This document shows positions 63,929 through 64,000 of a stretch of DNA of 64,000 nt, piece by piece. A program made the translations under genes and the position numbers. Below the pieces are notes generated by a model. The model searched no databases. It was not told where the DNA came from and was given only the letters and a program-made list of their open reading frames with translations. The stretch's first letter is position 1; each line of letters begins with the position of its first letter. The DNA lies in sequence record NC_049850.1. One strand, 5' to 3'.

Positions 63929-64000
63929 GACAACGCAACAACTACCCTTGAGGTTCTATGCTGGAGAAAGAGTTTACGTTTGACCCGGCACATGACCTGA

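Overview
64-kb segment of a large (probably jumbo) tailed phage of a GC-rich proteobacterial host. The gene content is reminiscent of Burkholderia/Ralstonia jumbo myophages, but this is inferred and not searched. Almost all genes from ~0.4 to 50.5 kb are on the minus strand; after a non-coding switch region (~50.55-51.09 kb) they are on the plus strand. Recognisable content: NAD+ salvage (NAMPT, NMNAT-Nudix), NAD-dependent DNA ligase, an ACP-like protein, RtcB, YqeY, Nudix, an Rnl2/DRB0094 RNA ligase, type IIA topoisomerase A and B (B carries a mini-intein), several HNH/GIY-YIG endonucleases, an H1-like protein, a nucleolin-like acidic protein, a J-domain protein, an Mre11/SbcD-like nuclease, two helicase-like proteins, nine tRNAs, GroES, thioredoxin, a DEDDh exonuclease, a HAD phosphatase and an HD-domain protein. 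The most interesting signals are a set of apparent decoys/mimics: a 48-aa stand-alone copy of the toxin-neutralising tail of TacA/AtaR antitoxins, an ACP with Ser->Asp at the phosphopantetheine site, an Acb1-like 2H protein with altered catalytic motifs, and a tRNA-shaped RNA with no anticodon loop. Also notable are a conserved two-hairpin leader shared by both NAD genes, a recurring phage promoter-like motif with a candidate sigma factor, and a duplicated gyrB N-terminus flanking an HNH insertion. All family assignments come from reading motifs by eye; no database searches were run.
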